Shown in pieces: positions 1 to 10,855 of a stretch of DNA of 64,000 nucleotides. A program made the position numbers and the translations under genes. The stretch is from Centroscyllium fabricii (taxonomy: Eukaryota). The DNA lies in assembly GCA_051313645.2 (NCBI GenBank), contig JBNRSN020000024.1:63860001-63924000 (forward strand), read 5' to 3'. Each line of letters begins with the position of its first letter. Positions within the stretch are counted from its first letter, which is position 1. The notes below the pieces were generated by a model that saw only the letters and a program-made list of their open reading frames with translations, searched no databases and was not told where the DNA came from.

Positions 1-71
1 TAGAAGATAATTCCAACACAGAGCAGGACATTCATAATATGCTTCGGACCCCCAGGACACTCAGCGAAGAG

Positions 72-655
72 CATCAAAGAGTTAGGAACTAGAACAAGTT
101 ATTCATCTGTGAGCAGGACCCTTTACAACGACTGCTTCATCAGAGAGTTAGGAACTGGAACAAGTTATTCTTCTGTGAGTAGAACCCTTTACAACGACTA
201 CTTCATCAGAGAGTTAGGAACTGGAACAAGTTATTCTTCTGTGAGTAGAACCCTTTACAACGACTACTTCATCAGAGAGTTAGGAACTGGAACAAGTTAT
301 TCTTCTGTGAGTAGAACCCTTTACAACGACTACTTCATCAGAGAGTTAGGAACTGGAACAAGTTATTCATCTGTGAGTAGAACCCTTTACAACGACTACT
401 TCATCAGAGAGTTAGGAACTGGAACAAGTTATTCTTCTGTGAGTAGAACCCTTTACAATGACTACTTCATCAGAGAGTTAGGAACTGGAACAAGTTATTC
501 TTCTGTGAGTAGAACCCTTTACAACGACTACTTCATCAGAGAGTTAGGAACTGGAACAAGTTATTCTTCTGTGAGTAGAACCCTTTACAATGACTACTTC
601 ATCAGAGAGTTAGGAACTGGAACAAGTTATTTTTCTGTGAGTAGAACCCTTTACA
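72..655. repeat. 63-bp minisatellite, about 9 near-identical copies
   Basis: The unit CATCAGAGAGTTAGGAACTGGAACAAGTTATTCTTCTGTGAGTAGAACCCTTTACAACGACTACTT is repeated head to tail. It produces the 21-aa periodic ORF 109..702. Confidence 0.95.
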
Positions 656-924
656 CAATTCGACTGGCCCAGCCAGCCAGGAACCGAACACCTACATCAT
701 AGTAATCAGCATCAACGATCCGGCCCCTTCCTGGTGCCAGCTCCAAGCTTATAAGCAGCTCAAGCTAACTTGATTGATTAGGGCTATCCAATCAAGTGAA
801 TATAATAGTAAACGAGGTACACTCAGGTATGTGCACTAGTAAACGAGGTACATTCAATCCTTAAGAGAGAAAAGGCCACAGAATTTAAAGAGAAATCCTT
901 AAAGAGGAATCCCACCTATGACAG

Positions 925-1857
925 ATTCCAGTGGGATGAGAACGGATCTGGCCCAGGTAAATTGGAATCAAAGATTGGCAGGCAAAACTGTAATGGAACA
1001 ATGGGCTGTCTTTAAAGAGGAAATAGTTTGGGTACAGTCAAGGTACATTCCTACTAGGGGGAAAGGTAGGGCAACTGAAGTCAGAGCCCTTTGGATGATG
1101 AAAGAGATAGACAGTAGGATGAAGCAGAAAAAGAATGCATATGTCAGATGTCAGGTTGAGAATACATCTGAGAATTAGGCTAAATATAGAAAGTTCAGAG
1201 GAGAAATGAAAAAGAAAATAAGAGGGACAAAGAGAGGGTATGAGAATAGAATGACAGCTAATATAAAAGGTAATCCAAAAGTCTATTATTGGCATATAAA
1301 TAGTAAATGGGTAGTAAGAGGAGGGGTGGGGCCAATTAGGGTCCAAAAAGCAGATCTATGCATGGAGACAGAGGAGAGGGTATGGCTGAGGTGCTAAATG
1401 AGTACTTTGCATCTATCTTCACTGTGGAAGAAGATGCTGCCATAGACATAGTGAAGGAGGAGGTAGAGGAGATACTGGATGGGATAAGAATTGATAAAGA
1501 GAAGGTACTGGAAAGGCTGACTGTACTTAAAGTAGATAAGTCACCAGGGCCAGATGGGATGCATCCGAGGACGCTGAGGGAAGTGAAGGAAGAAATCGCG
1601 GAGTTACTGGCCATAATCTTCCAATCCTCCTTAGAAATGGGGGTGGTGCCAGAGGACTGGAGAATTGCAAATGTTACACCTTTGTTCAAAAAAGTGTGTA
1701 AAGATCTCCCAGCAACTACAGGCCAGTCAGTTTAACCTTGTTAGTGGGGAAGCTTTTAGAAACAATAATCAGGGACAAAATTAACAGTCACTTGGATAAG
1801 TGTGGAATAATTAAGGAAAGCCAGCACGGATTTGTTAACAGCAAATCGTGTTTAACG
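925..1857 (+). mobile_element. CR1 LINE ORF2 fragment (degenerate)
   Basis: Broken ORFs contain the CR1 motifs LNEYFASIFT, KSPGPDGMHPR and WRIANVTPLFKK. Confidence 0.9.
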
Positions 1858-2045
1858 ATTTTGGGCTAGTTTTCAGTTTAATCCAATTTTTTAAGCTTAT
1901 TCTTATGTATCTACATATCATTTTGGAGTACCAGCTCCCTCTGCATAGGATGGGGATTCTTTTTAGAATTCCTCTTGCCCACAGGCAGCTAGAGAACAAG
2001 GAGAGGATCCAGAGGATTGATCAGAGGGAGGTCTACCTTTAACTG

Positions 2046-2373
2046 TAAGGAAATTCCCTTTTTTTAAATCATTCTGTGTGTTTTGCAGCATTTGACCCCT
2101 CTTGCGACTGTGCCTCATTGCTCGCAGACTGAGGTGTTAAAATATGTTAATATGCCTTTGTGTGCTCTCTGTCTCTAGGGTGAGATGTGGAAGAGATCGG
2201 ATTTCTCCCTTCCTCCGATATGTGATCTTTAAGTCAGTCTCTCTCTGTCCACCTGAGGAAGGAGCAGCGCTCTGAAAGCTTGTGATTTAAAATAAAACCG
2301 TTGGACTATAATCTGGTGTTGTGTGACTTCTTGCATTTGTCCACCCCAGTCCAACACCGGCACCTCCACATTA
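2046..2373 (+). mobile_element. Penelope-like element 3' terminus (pLTR) with hammerhead motif
   Basis: Homologous to 49073-49525, which carries the GIY-YIG C-terminus. Flanked by a 12-bp TSD TACCTTTAACTG (2034-2045 and 2374-2385). Hammerhead core at 2249-2285. Confidence 0.85.
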
Positions 2374-2847
2374 TACCTTTAACTGAGGTGAGTTGCACAG
2401 ACTCTGTCAGAACTACTTGGGCATATCAGAGAAGATGTGCCTTTGCCACCTACAATTGGCCAGGCAGATCATTCTTCAGGCTGCGAAATGTGTCCTCAAG
2501 TTTCCATCTTGCTTTACAAGCAGAACGGTAGTCTTAGGATGCTGGAACTTGAAGGCACACATGCTTATTCTTGACAGGCGTGCAAACCTGGGTGTCAGTA
2601 ATGTTTATTTCAGATGTCCAGCATCCACAGCATTTTGCTTTTGTCAGTAAGTGACTGTGCAACATACAGTTAGGTTGTTTTACAAAGGCGAGGTGTTACG
2701 GCCTTAGAAGATGTGAGTGTGGCAAAGTTTTCAATTGCATGTTGCATCTGGAAGGTGTGTCATACTGATATATGGGTATGCAAGAGATGCAGTTAAAGAA
2801 TTGTAAGGCTGTACAAGGATTTGGTAGAAGTGAGCAGTAAATGTGGA

Positions 2848-3549
2848 ACAGCTTTACACAATGAATGGCAAGACCCTAGGAAAGACAGAGGATCAGAGGG
2901 ACCTTGGTGTGCATGTACATAGATCCCTGAAGGCAGCAATACAGCTAGATAAGGTGGTTAAAAAGGCATATGGGATACTTGCCTTCATTAGCCGAGGCAT
3001 AGAATATAAGAGCAGGGAGGTTATGATGGAGCTGTACAAAACGCTGGTAAGGCCACAGCTGGAGTACTGTGTGCAGTTCTGGTCGCCACACTATAGGAAG
3101 GATGTGATTGCTTTGGAGAGGGTGCAGAGGAGATTCACCAGGATGTTACCTGGGCAGGAGCGCTTCAGCTATGAAGAAAGACTGGACAGGCTGGGGTTGT
3201 TTTCCTTGGAGCAGTGAAGGCTATGGGGGGACCTGATTGAGGTGCACAAAATTATGAGGGGCATAGATAGGGTAGATAGAAAGGAACTTTTTCCCTTGGT
3301 AGAGGGGCCAATAACCAGGGGGCATAGTTTCAAGGTGGGGGGCAGGAGGTTTAGAGGAGATTTGAGGAAGAACTTTTTCACCCAGAGGGTGGTTGGAATC
3401 TGGAACTCACTGCCTGAAAGGGTGGTAGAGTCAGGAACCCTCACAACATTCAAGACGCATTTAGATGAGCACTTGAAATGCCACAGCATACAAGGCTACG
3501 GACCAAATGCTGGAAAATGGGATTAGAATAGACTGGGCTTGATGGCCGG
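2848..3549 (+). mobile_element. CR1 LINE 3' fragment, interrupted by the Gypsy insertion (3' UTR resumes at about 8165-8212)
   Basis: The RT C-terminal motifs [15 protein letters not shown] and NFFTQRVVGIWNSLP are present. The 3' UTR is split at GCCGG. Confidence 0.9.
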
Positions 3550-6500
3550 TGTTATGGTATTGAGACTTCCGGCAGGAAGTCGGATGAACTCTGCTTATGA
3601 ACTTCCAGTGACATCACTTCCTGTACATGTCACTTCCTGTGTAGTAGTATAAATTCTGCTACTATTCAGTCTGAGATAATGCTTCTCTATGTAAATATGT
3701 TAAAACTCTCAACTCTGTAAATAGTTGATTAAAGCTTTGCTTAAAGTATTTGATGTGTAAGTTGCTTTTGTCACATCAATTTAATCAGCTACTACACTCA
3801 AAATTTTTGAAACCTTCGGACAAAAAGGAACTGAGGACCCCAGGGAATCACCCATCATGGAGAGCCTCTTCAAACCCAGAACTCTTGACCTGGATCCGAA
3901 CTCACCATCAGCCGCAAAGGTATGGAAGCACTGGTACCATACTTTTGAAAATTTCCTGGAAGAATGTGGTGCGAGTGATACTGCTAAACTCCGGCTACTG
4001 GTAAACTATGTATCCCCTAACGTGTATGAATATCTGGACAATTGGGATAACTTTAATGAAGCAATCCGAGCTCTTAAAGAACTGTATACAAAGCCACCCA
4101 ACGAGATTTATGCTAGACATTTACTGGCCACGGCCCGGCAAGGGCCGGAGGAATCTATCGGTGAATTCCTGCAGACACTGCGCAGGCTCAGTACGAACTG
4201 GAACTTTCAGGCAGCCTCGGCCGCGCTTTACCGTGAGGAAATGATCCGCGATGCCTTCATCAGCGGGATTTCCTCCCCACTGATACGCCAGCGTCTACTG
4301 GAGAGTAAGGCCCTAGAGTTGCAAAAAGCTTTCGAACTGGCTTGCTCTCTTGATCTAGCAAAAAGAAACTCAGATCTTTATCAGTGGCCCAGAGCTCGAA
4401 GTGCTGCTGTAACTTCAAACAGACCTTTCAAGGGGCCACAGGTGAACCCAATCATAGACGACTCTAGCCCTGATGAGCTTAGTTATGAGGAGGAGGATGA
4501 CCCTACACTAGCAGCCTCTTGGCAGTCCAGGAAAAACTGCTTCTTTTGTGGAGATATCTTCCACCCAAGAAAATTCTGCCCAGCCCGTAATGCAATCTGC
4601 AGCTACTGCAGCAAAAAAGGGCACTTTGCAAAGGTGTGCCAATCCAGAACTTCTGCACGAGCTAATCAAGCTAGGCCCTACAGAGCTGCTCCAATTAGGG
4701 CCTACCAGGGTGCATCAATTAGGCCCTATCAAGACGCACCAGCCAGGACCTATCAGGCTCCCACTCGAAGGAGCTCGTCTAGAATCACTGCTGCACTCTG
4801 TGCTATCATGCCAATAACAGCTGCATGCCCTCAGAATCTGGTCCAGGCAGCCACAAGGGTCACAATTAATGGACATGCTGTTGATGCCCTAATTGACTCT
4901 GGTAGCACTGACAGCTTTATTAAGGGGCAAATCGTTAAAAAATTGAAACTGCACACTTATCCATCAGACCAGGCAATTGCAATGGCCCAATCTTCTCTTA
5001 ATACTAGAATCTCGGGCTTCTGTATTGTGGACTTAACCCTTAATGGGCGCCTGTATCCCTCCACCCGTCTATCAGTCCTTAAGGATCTATGTAGTGATCT
5101 CATTCTGGGACAAGATTTCCAAAGACAACATAACAAGCTGACCATTGAGTTCGGGGGTTCTAAACCCGGACTCATTATCTCTAAATCATCATCCAAAACG
5201 CCATTTTGTGCACTGTCAGCAGCCTCTCTGGACGAACCATCGTTATTTACCAGTGTTACGCCTCAGTGCAAGCCGATAATAACTAAGTCTCGGCGCTTTA
5301 GTCAGGAGGATCGATCCTTCATTAATACAGAAATCTCTCGACTCCTGGCCAAGGACATCATTGAACCTTGTTCATCGCCTTGGCGGGCTCAGATCGTCAT
5401 TGTTAAAAACTCTTTGAAACCTCAGAAGAAACGCCTATGTATCGATTACTCTCAGACCGTTAATCTATATACAGATTTGAATGCTTACCCACTGCCACGT
5501 ATCGATGACATGGTGAATAAACTGGCTGAATATTCTGTGTTTTCAACTTATGACCTGAAGAGTGCTTACCATCAGGTACCCCTATGGGCCTCGGATAAGA
5601 AATATACAGCCTTTGAGGCTAACGGACGATTGTATCAATTTTGCCATCTCCCATTCGGAGTCAACAACGGAGTAGCTGTCTTTCAACGAGCCATGGATGG
5701 CTTGGTGAAGCAAGAAGACTTGAGGGACACTTTCCCTTATCTCGACAATATTACGGTTGCTGGCCATGACCAACAAGAACATGACGACAACCTTCGAAGA
5801 TTTCGGGATGCACTTTATCGTCGCAACCTGACTTTAAATGAAACCAAATCCGTGGAATCACAGCCAACCATTAATATTCTCAGCTACTGTGTGGGTAATG
5901 GCATCATCAAGCCTGATCCTGAAAGACTTCGGCCCCTCCAGGAGCTTCCTCCACCTAACAGTCCTGCTTCCTTGCGTCGGGCCCTCGGCCTATTTGCCTA
6001 CTATGCGAAGTGGATTCCGGATTTTTCTGACAAAATTCAACCTTTGTTGAATGCCAGGACATTTCCATTAGGAACAACGGCCATTACAGCCTTTACTACC
6101 CTTAAACAACATTTGAAGACAGCAACCCTCCACTCCATCGATGAGAACCTCCCATTCGTGGTCGAATGTGACGCTTCAGAGGTGGCGATCTCAGCTACCC
6201 TCAATCAGGAAGGTCGCCCTGTAGCTTTCATGTCTAGGACCCTACAGGGTGCCGAAGTGCACTATCCACCGGTGGAAAAAGAAGCCACGGCCATCATTGA
6301 GGCTGTACGAAAATGGAACCATTTTGTAGCTCGCCGACACTTCACGCTGATAACGGACCAGCGATCAGTAGCGTTCATGCTGGACAACCGCAAGAGAACC
6401 AAAGTCAAGAACAATAAAATACAACTGTGGAGGATGGAATTGGCCTCTTTTGGCTATACTATTCACTATCGCCCTGGTAAAGATAATGTGGCCGCGGACA

Positions 6501-8164
6501 CGCTTACTCGAGCATTCTGCGCTGCTACATCACCCTCCACTCTGGCAGATATTCATGATGGATTATGTCATCCTGGTGTGACACGTATGTTACGTTTTGT
6601 AAGGTCACGAAATCTCCCATTCTCAACCGGAGACATCAAGAAAATGTGTTCAGAATGCAAAACCTGTGCTGAGCTAAAACCCCACTTTTTCCGGCCCCCG
6701 GATGGTGTACTTATACATGCGACACAACCAATGCAACGACTGAGCATTGATTTTAAGGGCCCAGTACCCTCGTCCACTAGGAACATATATCTGCTTACGA
6801 TGGTTGACGAATATTCACGTTTCCCATTCGCCTTCCCCTGCTCTAATATGCTGTCTTCCACAGTAATCAATTGTCTCGAGCAGGTATTCATGCTCTGTGG
6901 CATGCCAGCTTACATCCATTCAGATCGGGGTCCATCTTTCATGTCCACTGAACTTAAGGACTACCTCTCGGAAAGAGGTATCGCAACAAGCAAAACAACA
7001 CCATACCACCCCATCGGTAACGGCCAGGTAGAAAGATATAATGGCATCATATGGAACTCTGTACGCCTTGCCCTGAAATCCCAGGGTCTACCCAACCAGC
7101 AATGGGAGATGGTGTTACCAGATGCATTGCACTCCATATGGTCCTTGCTTTCCACAGCCACGAACACGACGCCTCATGAACGGTTCTTCAGTTTCCAGCG
7201 TCGCTCATCATATGGAGCATCACTCCCTTCATGGCTGACCACTCCAGGGCCCGTATTGCTCCGGAGATATGTCCGAACCTCCAAGCATGACCCTCTTGTG
7301 GATGAGGTAGAACTAACGGAGGTCAACCCCACCTACGCTCACATACGACACCCTGACGGACGAGAGTCTACAGTATCATTGCGGGACCTGGCACCCTGCC
7401 CATCAGGACCTAGAGGGTCATCTAGGGATAATACCCTACCGGGAACCTCCAGAGAACCACTGGGTACCACTCTTCAGGACCCCGATCAGGCACCAATGAC
7501 CTTTGAGCCGGTAGGATCCCGCACTCGGAGCTTCGACTCACCTGGTACCTCATTCCAGGATGCTGCTCAATCCTCGACTGACACGGAGCCCATAGGGGCT
7601 CGTACGCGGAGTCATGATCCTCCCAGTGCCCCACGCCAAAATGCCAATGGGCCATCGACAAGCTTGGTACCTTCTCCCGACCAAGGGCAGATCAACTCTG
7701 AACCTGTTGGATCTCGCACACGGAACCATGATTTCCACAACCCATCGCCGGGTAATCCAGGCCATGTTGGATTTGACCCAGATTCGAAGACCCGCAAACG
7801 GCCCAGTAACTCAGACATTGACCATCAAGACAGTCTACCAACCCAAGAGAGCGAACTTAAACGTATGCGGCTCCTCCTCATACATCTACTTCAGAATATT
7901 TGATTTCTGCCTCATAATCTTCTAGGAGGGAAGAATGTAATGATATTGAGACTTCCGGCAGGAAGTCGGATGAACTCTGCTTATGAACTTCCAGTGACAT
8001 CACTTCCTGTACATGTCACTTCCTGTGTAGTAGTATAAATTCTGCTACTATTCAGTCTGAGATAATGCTTCTCTATGTAAATATGTTAAAACTCTCAACT
8101 CTGTAAATAGCTGATTAAAGCTTTGCTTAAAGTATTTGATGTGTAAGTTGCTTTTGTCACATCA
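3550..8164 (+). mobile_element. Full-length Ty3/Gypsy LTR retrotransposon
   Basis: Two 229-bp TG..CA LTRs (3550-3778 and 7936-8164) show 3 differences by eye. There is a 5-bp TSD GCCGG, a polypurine tract AGGAGGGAAGAA at 7924-7935, and a single gag-pol ORF. Confidence 0.97.
3857..7903 (+). CDS. Gypsy gag-pol polyprotein (1348 aa)
   Basis: Domains in PR-RT-RH-IN order: two CCHC-type knuckles (CFFCGDIFHPRKFC, CSYCSKKGHFAKVC), protease LIDSGS, RT (YDLKSAYHQ, LPFGV, YLDN), RNase H (ECDAS, TDQRS), and integrase HHCC plus D,D,E (SIDFKG, HSDRG, GQVER). Confidence 0.95.
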   Translation: MESLFKPRTLDLDPNSPSAAKVWKHWYHTFENFLEECGASDTAKLRLLVNYVSPNVYEYLDNWDNFNEAIRALKELYTKPPNEIYARHLLATARQGPEESIGEFLQTLRRLSTNWNFQAASAALYREEMIRDAFISGISSPLIRQRLLESKALELQKAFELACSLDLAKRNSDLYQWPRARSAAVTSNRPFKGPQVNPIIDDSSPDELSYEEEDDPTLAASWQSRKNCFFCGDIFHPRKFCPARNAICSYCSKKGHFAKVCQSRTSARANQARPYRAAPIRAYQGASIRPYQDAPARTYQAPTRRSSSRITAALCAIMPITAACPQNLVQAATRVTINGHAVDALIDSGSTDSFIKGQIVKKLKLHTYPSDQAIAMAQSSLNTRISGFCIVDLTLNGRLYPSTRLSVLKDLCSDLILGQDFQRQHNKLTIEFGGSKPGLIISKSSSKTPFCALSAASLDEPSLFTSVTPQCKPIITKSRRFSQEDRSFINTEISRLLAKDIIEPCSSPWRAQIVIVKNSLKPQKKRLCIDYSQTVNLYTDLNAYPLPRIDDMVNKLAEYSVFSTYDLKSAYHQVPLWASDKKYTAFEANGRLYQFCHLPFGVNNGVAVFQRAMDGLVKQEDLRDTFPYLDNITVAGHDQQEHDDNLRRFRDALYRRNLTLNETKSVESQPTINILSYCVGNGIIKPDPERLRPLQELPPPNSPASLRRALGLFAYYAKWIPDFSDKIQPLLNARTFPLGTTAITAFTTLKQHLKTATLHSIDENLPFVVECDASEVAISATLNQEGRPVAFMSRTLQGAEVHYPPVEKEATAIIEAVRKWNHFVARRHFTLITDQRSVAFMLDNRKRTKVKNNKIQLWRMELASFGYTIHYRPGKDNVAADTLTRAFCAATSPSTLADIHDGLCHPGVTRMLRFVRSRNLPFSTGDIKKMCSECKTCAELKPHFFRPPDGVLIHATQPMQRLSIDFKGPVPSSTRNIYLLTMVDEYSRFPFAFPCSNMLSSTVINCLEQVFMLCGMPAYIHSDRGPSFMSTELKDYLSERGIATSKTTPYHPIGNGQVERYNGIIWNSVRLALKSQGLPNQQWEMVLPDALHSIWSLLSTATNTTPHERFFSFQRRSSYGASLPSWLTTPGPVLLRRYVRTSKHDPLVDEVELTEVNPTYAHIRHPDGRESTVSLRDLAPCPSGPRGSSRDNTLPGTSREPLGTTLQDPDQAPMTFEPVGSRTRSFDSPGTSFQDAAQSSTDTEPIGARTRSHDPPSAPRQNANGPSTSLVPSPDQGQINSEPVGSRTRNHDFHNPSPGNPGHVGFDPDSKTRKRPSNSDIDHQDSLPTQESELKRMRLLLIHLLQNI

Positions 8165-9010
8165 GCCGGCGTGGGTGCAATGGGCCTCTTTCTGTGCTGT
8201 ATAACTCCATGAGCTTGGCATTTAGTCTTGGGCCAACTGTCAGATACACAATACTGTTGTGTAGTCTTTCCTTTCAGATTCCTTTAAGTGTGCCATTTTC
8301 TTATATATCTGTTCCCAGGTGCTGCAGGTAGTGTACACAGCATTGAGCCTGCCACCATGGATTGGTGCACTGAAGTACCAAACAAGTCCACCCTTCATTC
8401 ACCAGCTCCTCTGCAGGTCCAGTTGGCTATCCAAGGAGTTAGATGCTGTGCCACTCCATCATTTTCCCACTGTGCCTCCACACTGGGTTTCCTTTCACTT
8501 ACACTTCATTTATGTTTTGTTACATCTCTGTTCTCCTTCGGCATTGGCCAAAGCTGAGAAATATCTAAAATGAATGTTGATCCTTGATAAAGGCTGAATC
8601 AATATTCACCTCCCACGTGCAGCCATTTACCTTTAAGTGTACACATTCCTTTAAATTGAAAGTGATTGCCATATTTTCCACTTCCCCCTTAGGCTTGCTC
8701 CTGGCACAAGGCCAGAGGAGAGGCAGTTATGATAAATTATTGAAATGAGCTGACAGCAGAAAATTGATGCAGTCAGTTCACTTTGCTGCTGGTTGGCTGC
8801 GCTCCAGCAATGTAGAGGCCGATTTTCCCACTGGAGGCGAGATGGAGGCAGGTTTCAGTTTGGGTGGGTTTGAAAAATTAGCGATTTTTTCATGATTAGC
8901 CACTTGATTTCAGAGGTGTGGGCTGCCCTTGCTCAATTAGTGTTTTGAGACTGAAAGTCGCCTCTGTTGACAGCAACCCCAAGAAGGGGCGGTGTGCTGA
9001 TCCTGCCAAA

Positions 9011-9950
9011 GTGTATAACCTCATATTTTCCCACATTATACTAAATCTGTCAAATGTTTGCCCACTCACTTAGCCTGTCTATATCCCTTTGCAGGTTCTT
9101 TGAGTCTTCTGCACAATTTGCTTTCCCACCCATCTTTGTATCATCCCCAAACTTGGCTACATTACACTCGGTCCCTTCATCCAAGTCATTAATATAGATT
9201 GTAAATAGTTGAGGCCCCAGCAGTGATCCATGCTAATATATTACCCCCAATTCCGTGAGCTCTTATCTTATGCAGTAACCTATTATGTGGCACCTTTTCG
9301 AATGCCTCCTGGAAATCCAAATACACCACATCCACTGGTTCACCTTTGTCCACCCTGCTCATTACATCCTCAAAGAACTCCAGCAAATTTGTTAAACATT
9401 ATTTCCCTTTCCTAAAACCATGCTGACTCTGCTTGAATGCATTATGATTTTCTAAATGACCTGCTACTGCTTCCTTAATGAAGGACTCCAGCATTTTCCC
9501 AACAACAGATGTTAGGCTAACTGGTCTATAGTTTCCTGCTTTCTGTCTCCCTCCTTTCTTAAATAGGGGTGTTACATTTGCGGTTTTCCAATCCACTGGG
9601 ACCTCTCCAGAGTCTAGGGAATGTTGGTATATTGCAACCAATGCATCCGCTATCTCTGCAGCCATTTCTTTTAAGACCCTGGGATACAGGCCATCTGGCC
9701 CAGGTGACTTGTTGTCTTTAGTCCCATTATTTTACCGAGTACTATTTCCTTAGCGATAGTGATTGTCTTTAGTTCCCCACTCCCTGTGGTCCCTTGATTA
9801 TCTATTATTGGGATGTTGTTAGTGTCTCCTACCGTGAAGACAGATACTAAATATTTGTTCAGAGTCTCTGCCATTTCCCCATTCCCCATTATTAATTCCC
9901 CAGTCTCATCCTCTTAAGGGACCAATGCTTACTTTAGCTACCCTCTTCCT
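9011..9950 (-). mobile_element. CR1 LINE ORF2 fragment with internal deletions
   Basis: Minus-strand ORF fragments NYRPVSLTSVVGK, QHGF and VDVVYLDFQ. Confidence 0.9.
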
Positions 9951-10282
9951 ACATTTTTACAGTCTAACATTTGTATCACATTTACAATGACTGCATCTTT
10001 TTAGATGTGAAAGTGCAATTATACTGTAACAAAATGAGCCAATCCTACCAAATTAAACATAAGCAGTGTTGTAATTCTTTTAACATTTTTCTGCCCCCAT
10101 ACCCTGCCAGCCCCTCAACCCCAAAAAAGCAGAAAGAAAAGCAATCATTGGAAAATACAAGTGGCAATTAACATGATGCTGAAATATAACATATGTTGGT
10201 AGAATATTTTACCAATTTTAAGGGACTTCCAATCTGTGGTTCTCAGATTATACTAATTTGAAAGGAACTTTATTCTTGTTCT

Positions 10283-10855
10283 GTCAGCTGTGGCTCAGTG
10301 GTCGCTCTCTCACCTCTGAGTCAGATGGTTGTGGGTTTCAAGCTCCACTTTAGAAATTTGAGCACATAATCTATACTAACACACCAGTTCAATACTGGGC
10401 AATGTTCCCTGTAAGCCGCGCTTTGTTCTGCGTGGCCTGTTTCTTTTAGTGCACGGTCCCTGTAAATTTCCGTGCAAGTGCGGTACTTACAATGGAGATG
10501 CTGGTGAGCAGCCGCGAAGCTTAGAGGGTATATTGGCACCGAGAGAGTGCGGCACTGTCGGAGATGCCGTCTTTCAGATAAAATGTTAAACCAAGGCTGT
10601 GTGTCTACCCTCTCAGCTGGATGTAAAAGATCCCATGGCACTATTTGAACTTGTCCTGGCCAAATGTTATCCCTCACCAACATCAGTAAAACAGATTTTC
10701 TGGTCATTTACCTCATTGCTGTTTGTAGGGAAATTGGATGCTGCATTTACCGATGTTACAACAGTGACTACACATCAAATCTATTTAATTAGCTATGCAA
10801 TGCTTCAGGACGTCCTAAGGTTATGAAAGGCACCATATAAATGTAAGTTGCTTCT
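10283..10855 (+). mobile_element. tRNA-derived Deu-domain SINE (SacSINE1/AmnSINE1-like) with L2-type tail
   Basis: It has a tRNA-like head (TGGCTCAGTGG..GGTTTCAAG), the core GCCGTCTTTCAGAT..AAAGATCCCATGGCACTATT, and the tail ..ATATAAATGTAAGT. Homologous to 33517, 53320 and 60060. Confidence 0.75.
10400..10535. mobile_element. Small MITE inserted in the SINE
   Basis: Imperfect terminal inverted repeats CAATGTTCCCTGTAAG / CTTAGAGGGTATATTG. The segment is absent from the other copies of the host SINE. Confidence 0.65.

Noticed and set aside
72-655. CRISPR-like array or a 197-aa repeat protein (ORF 109..702)
   Set aside because: The units are identical with no unique spacers, the context is eukaryotic, and the ORF is a by-product of a 63-bp unit lacking a stop in one frame.
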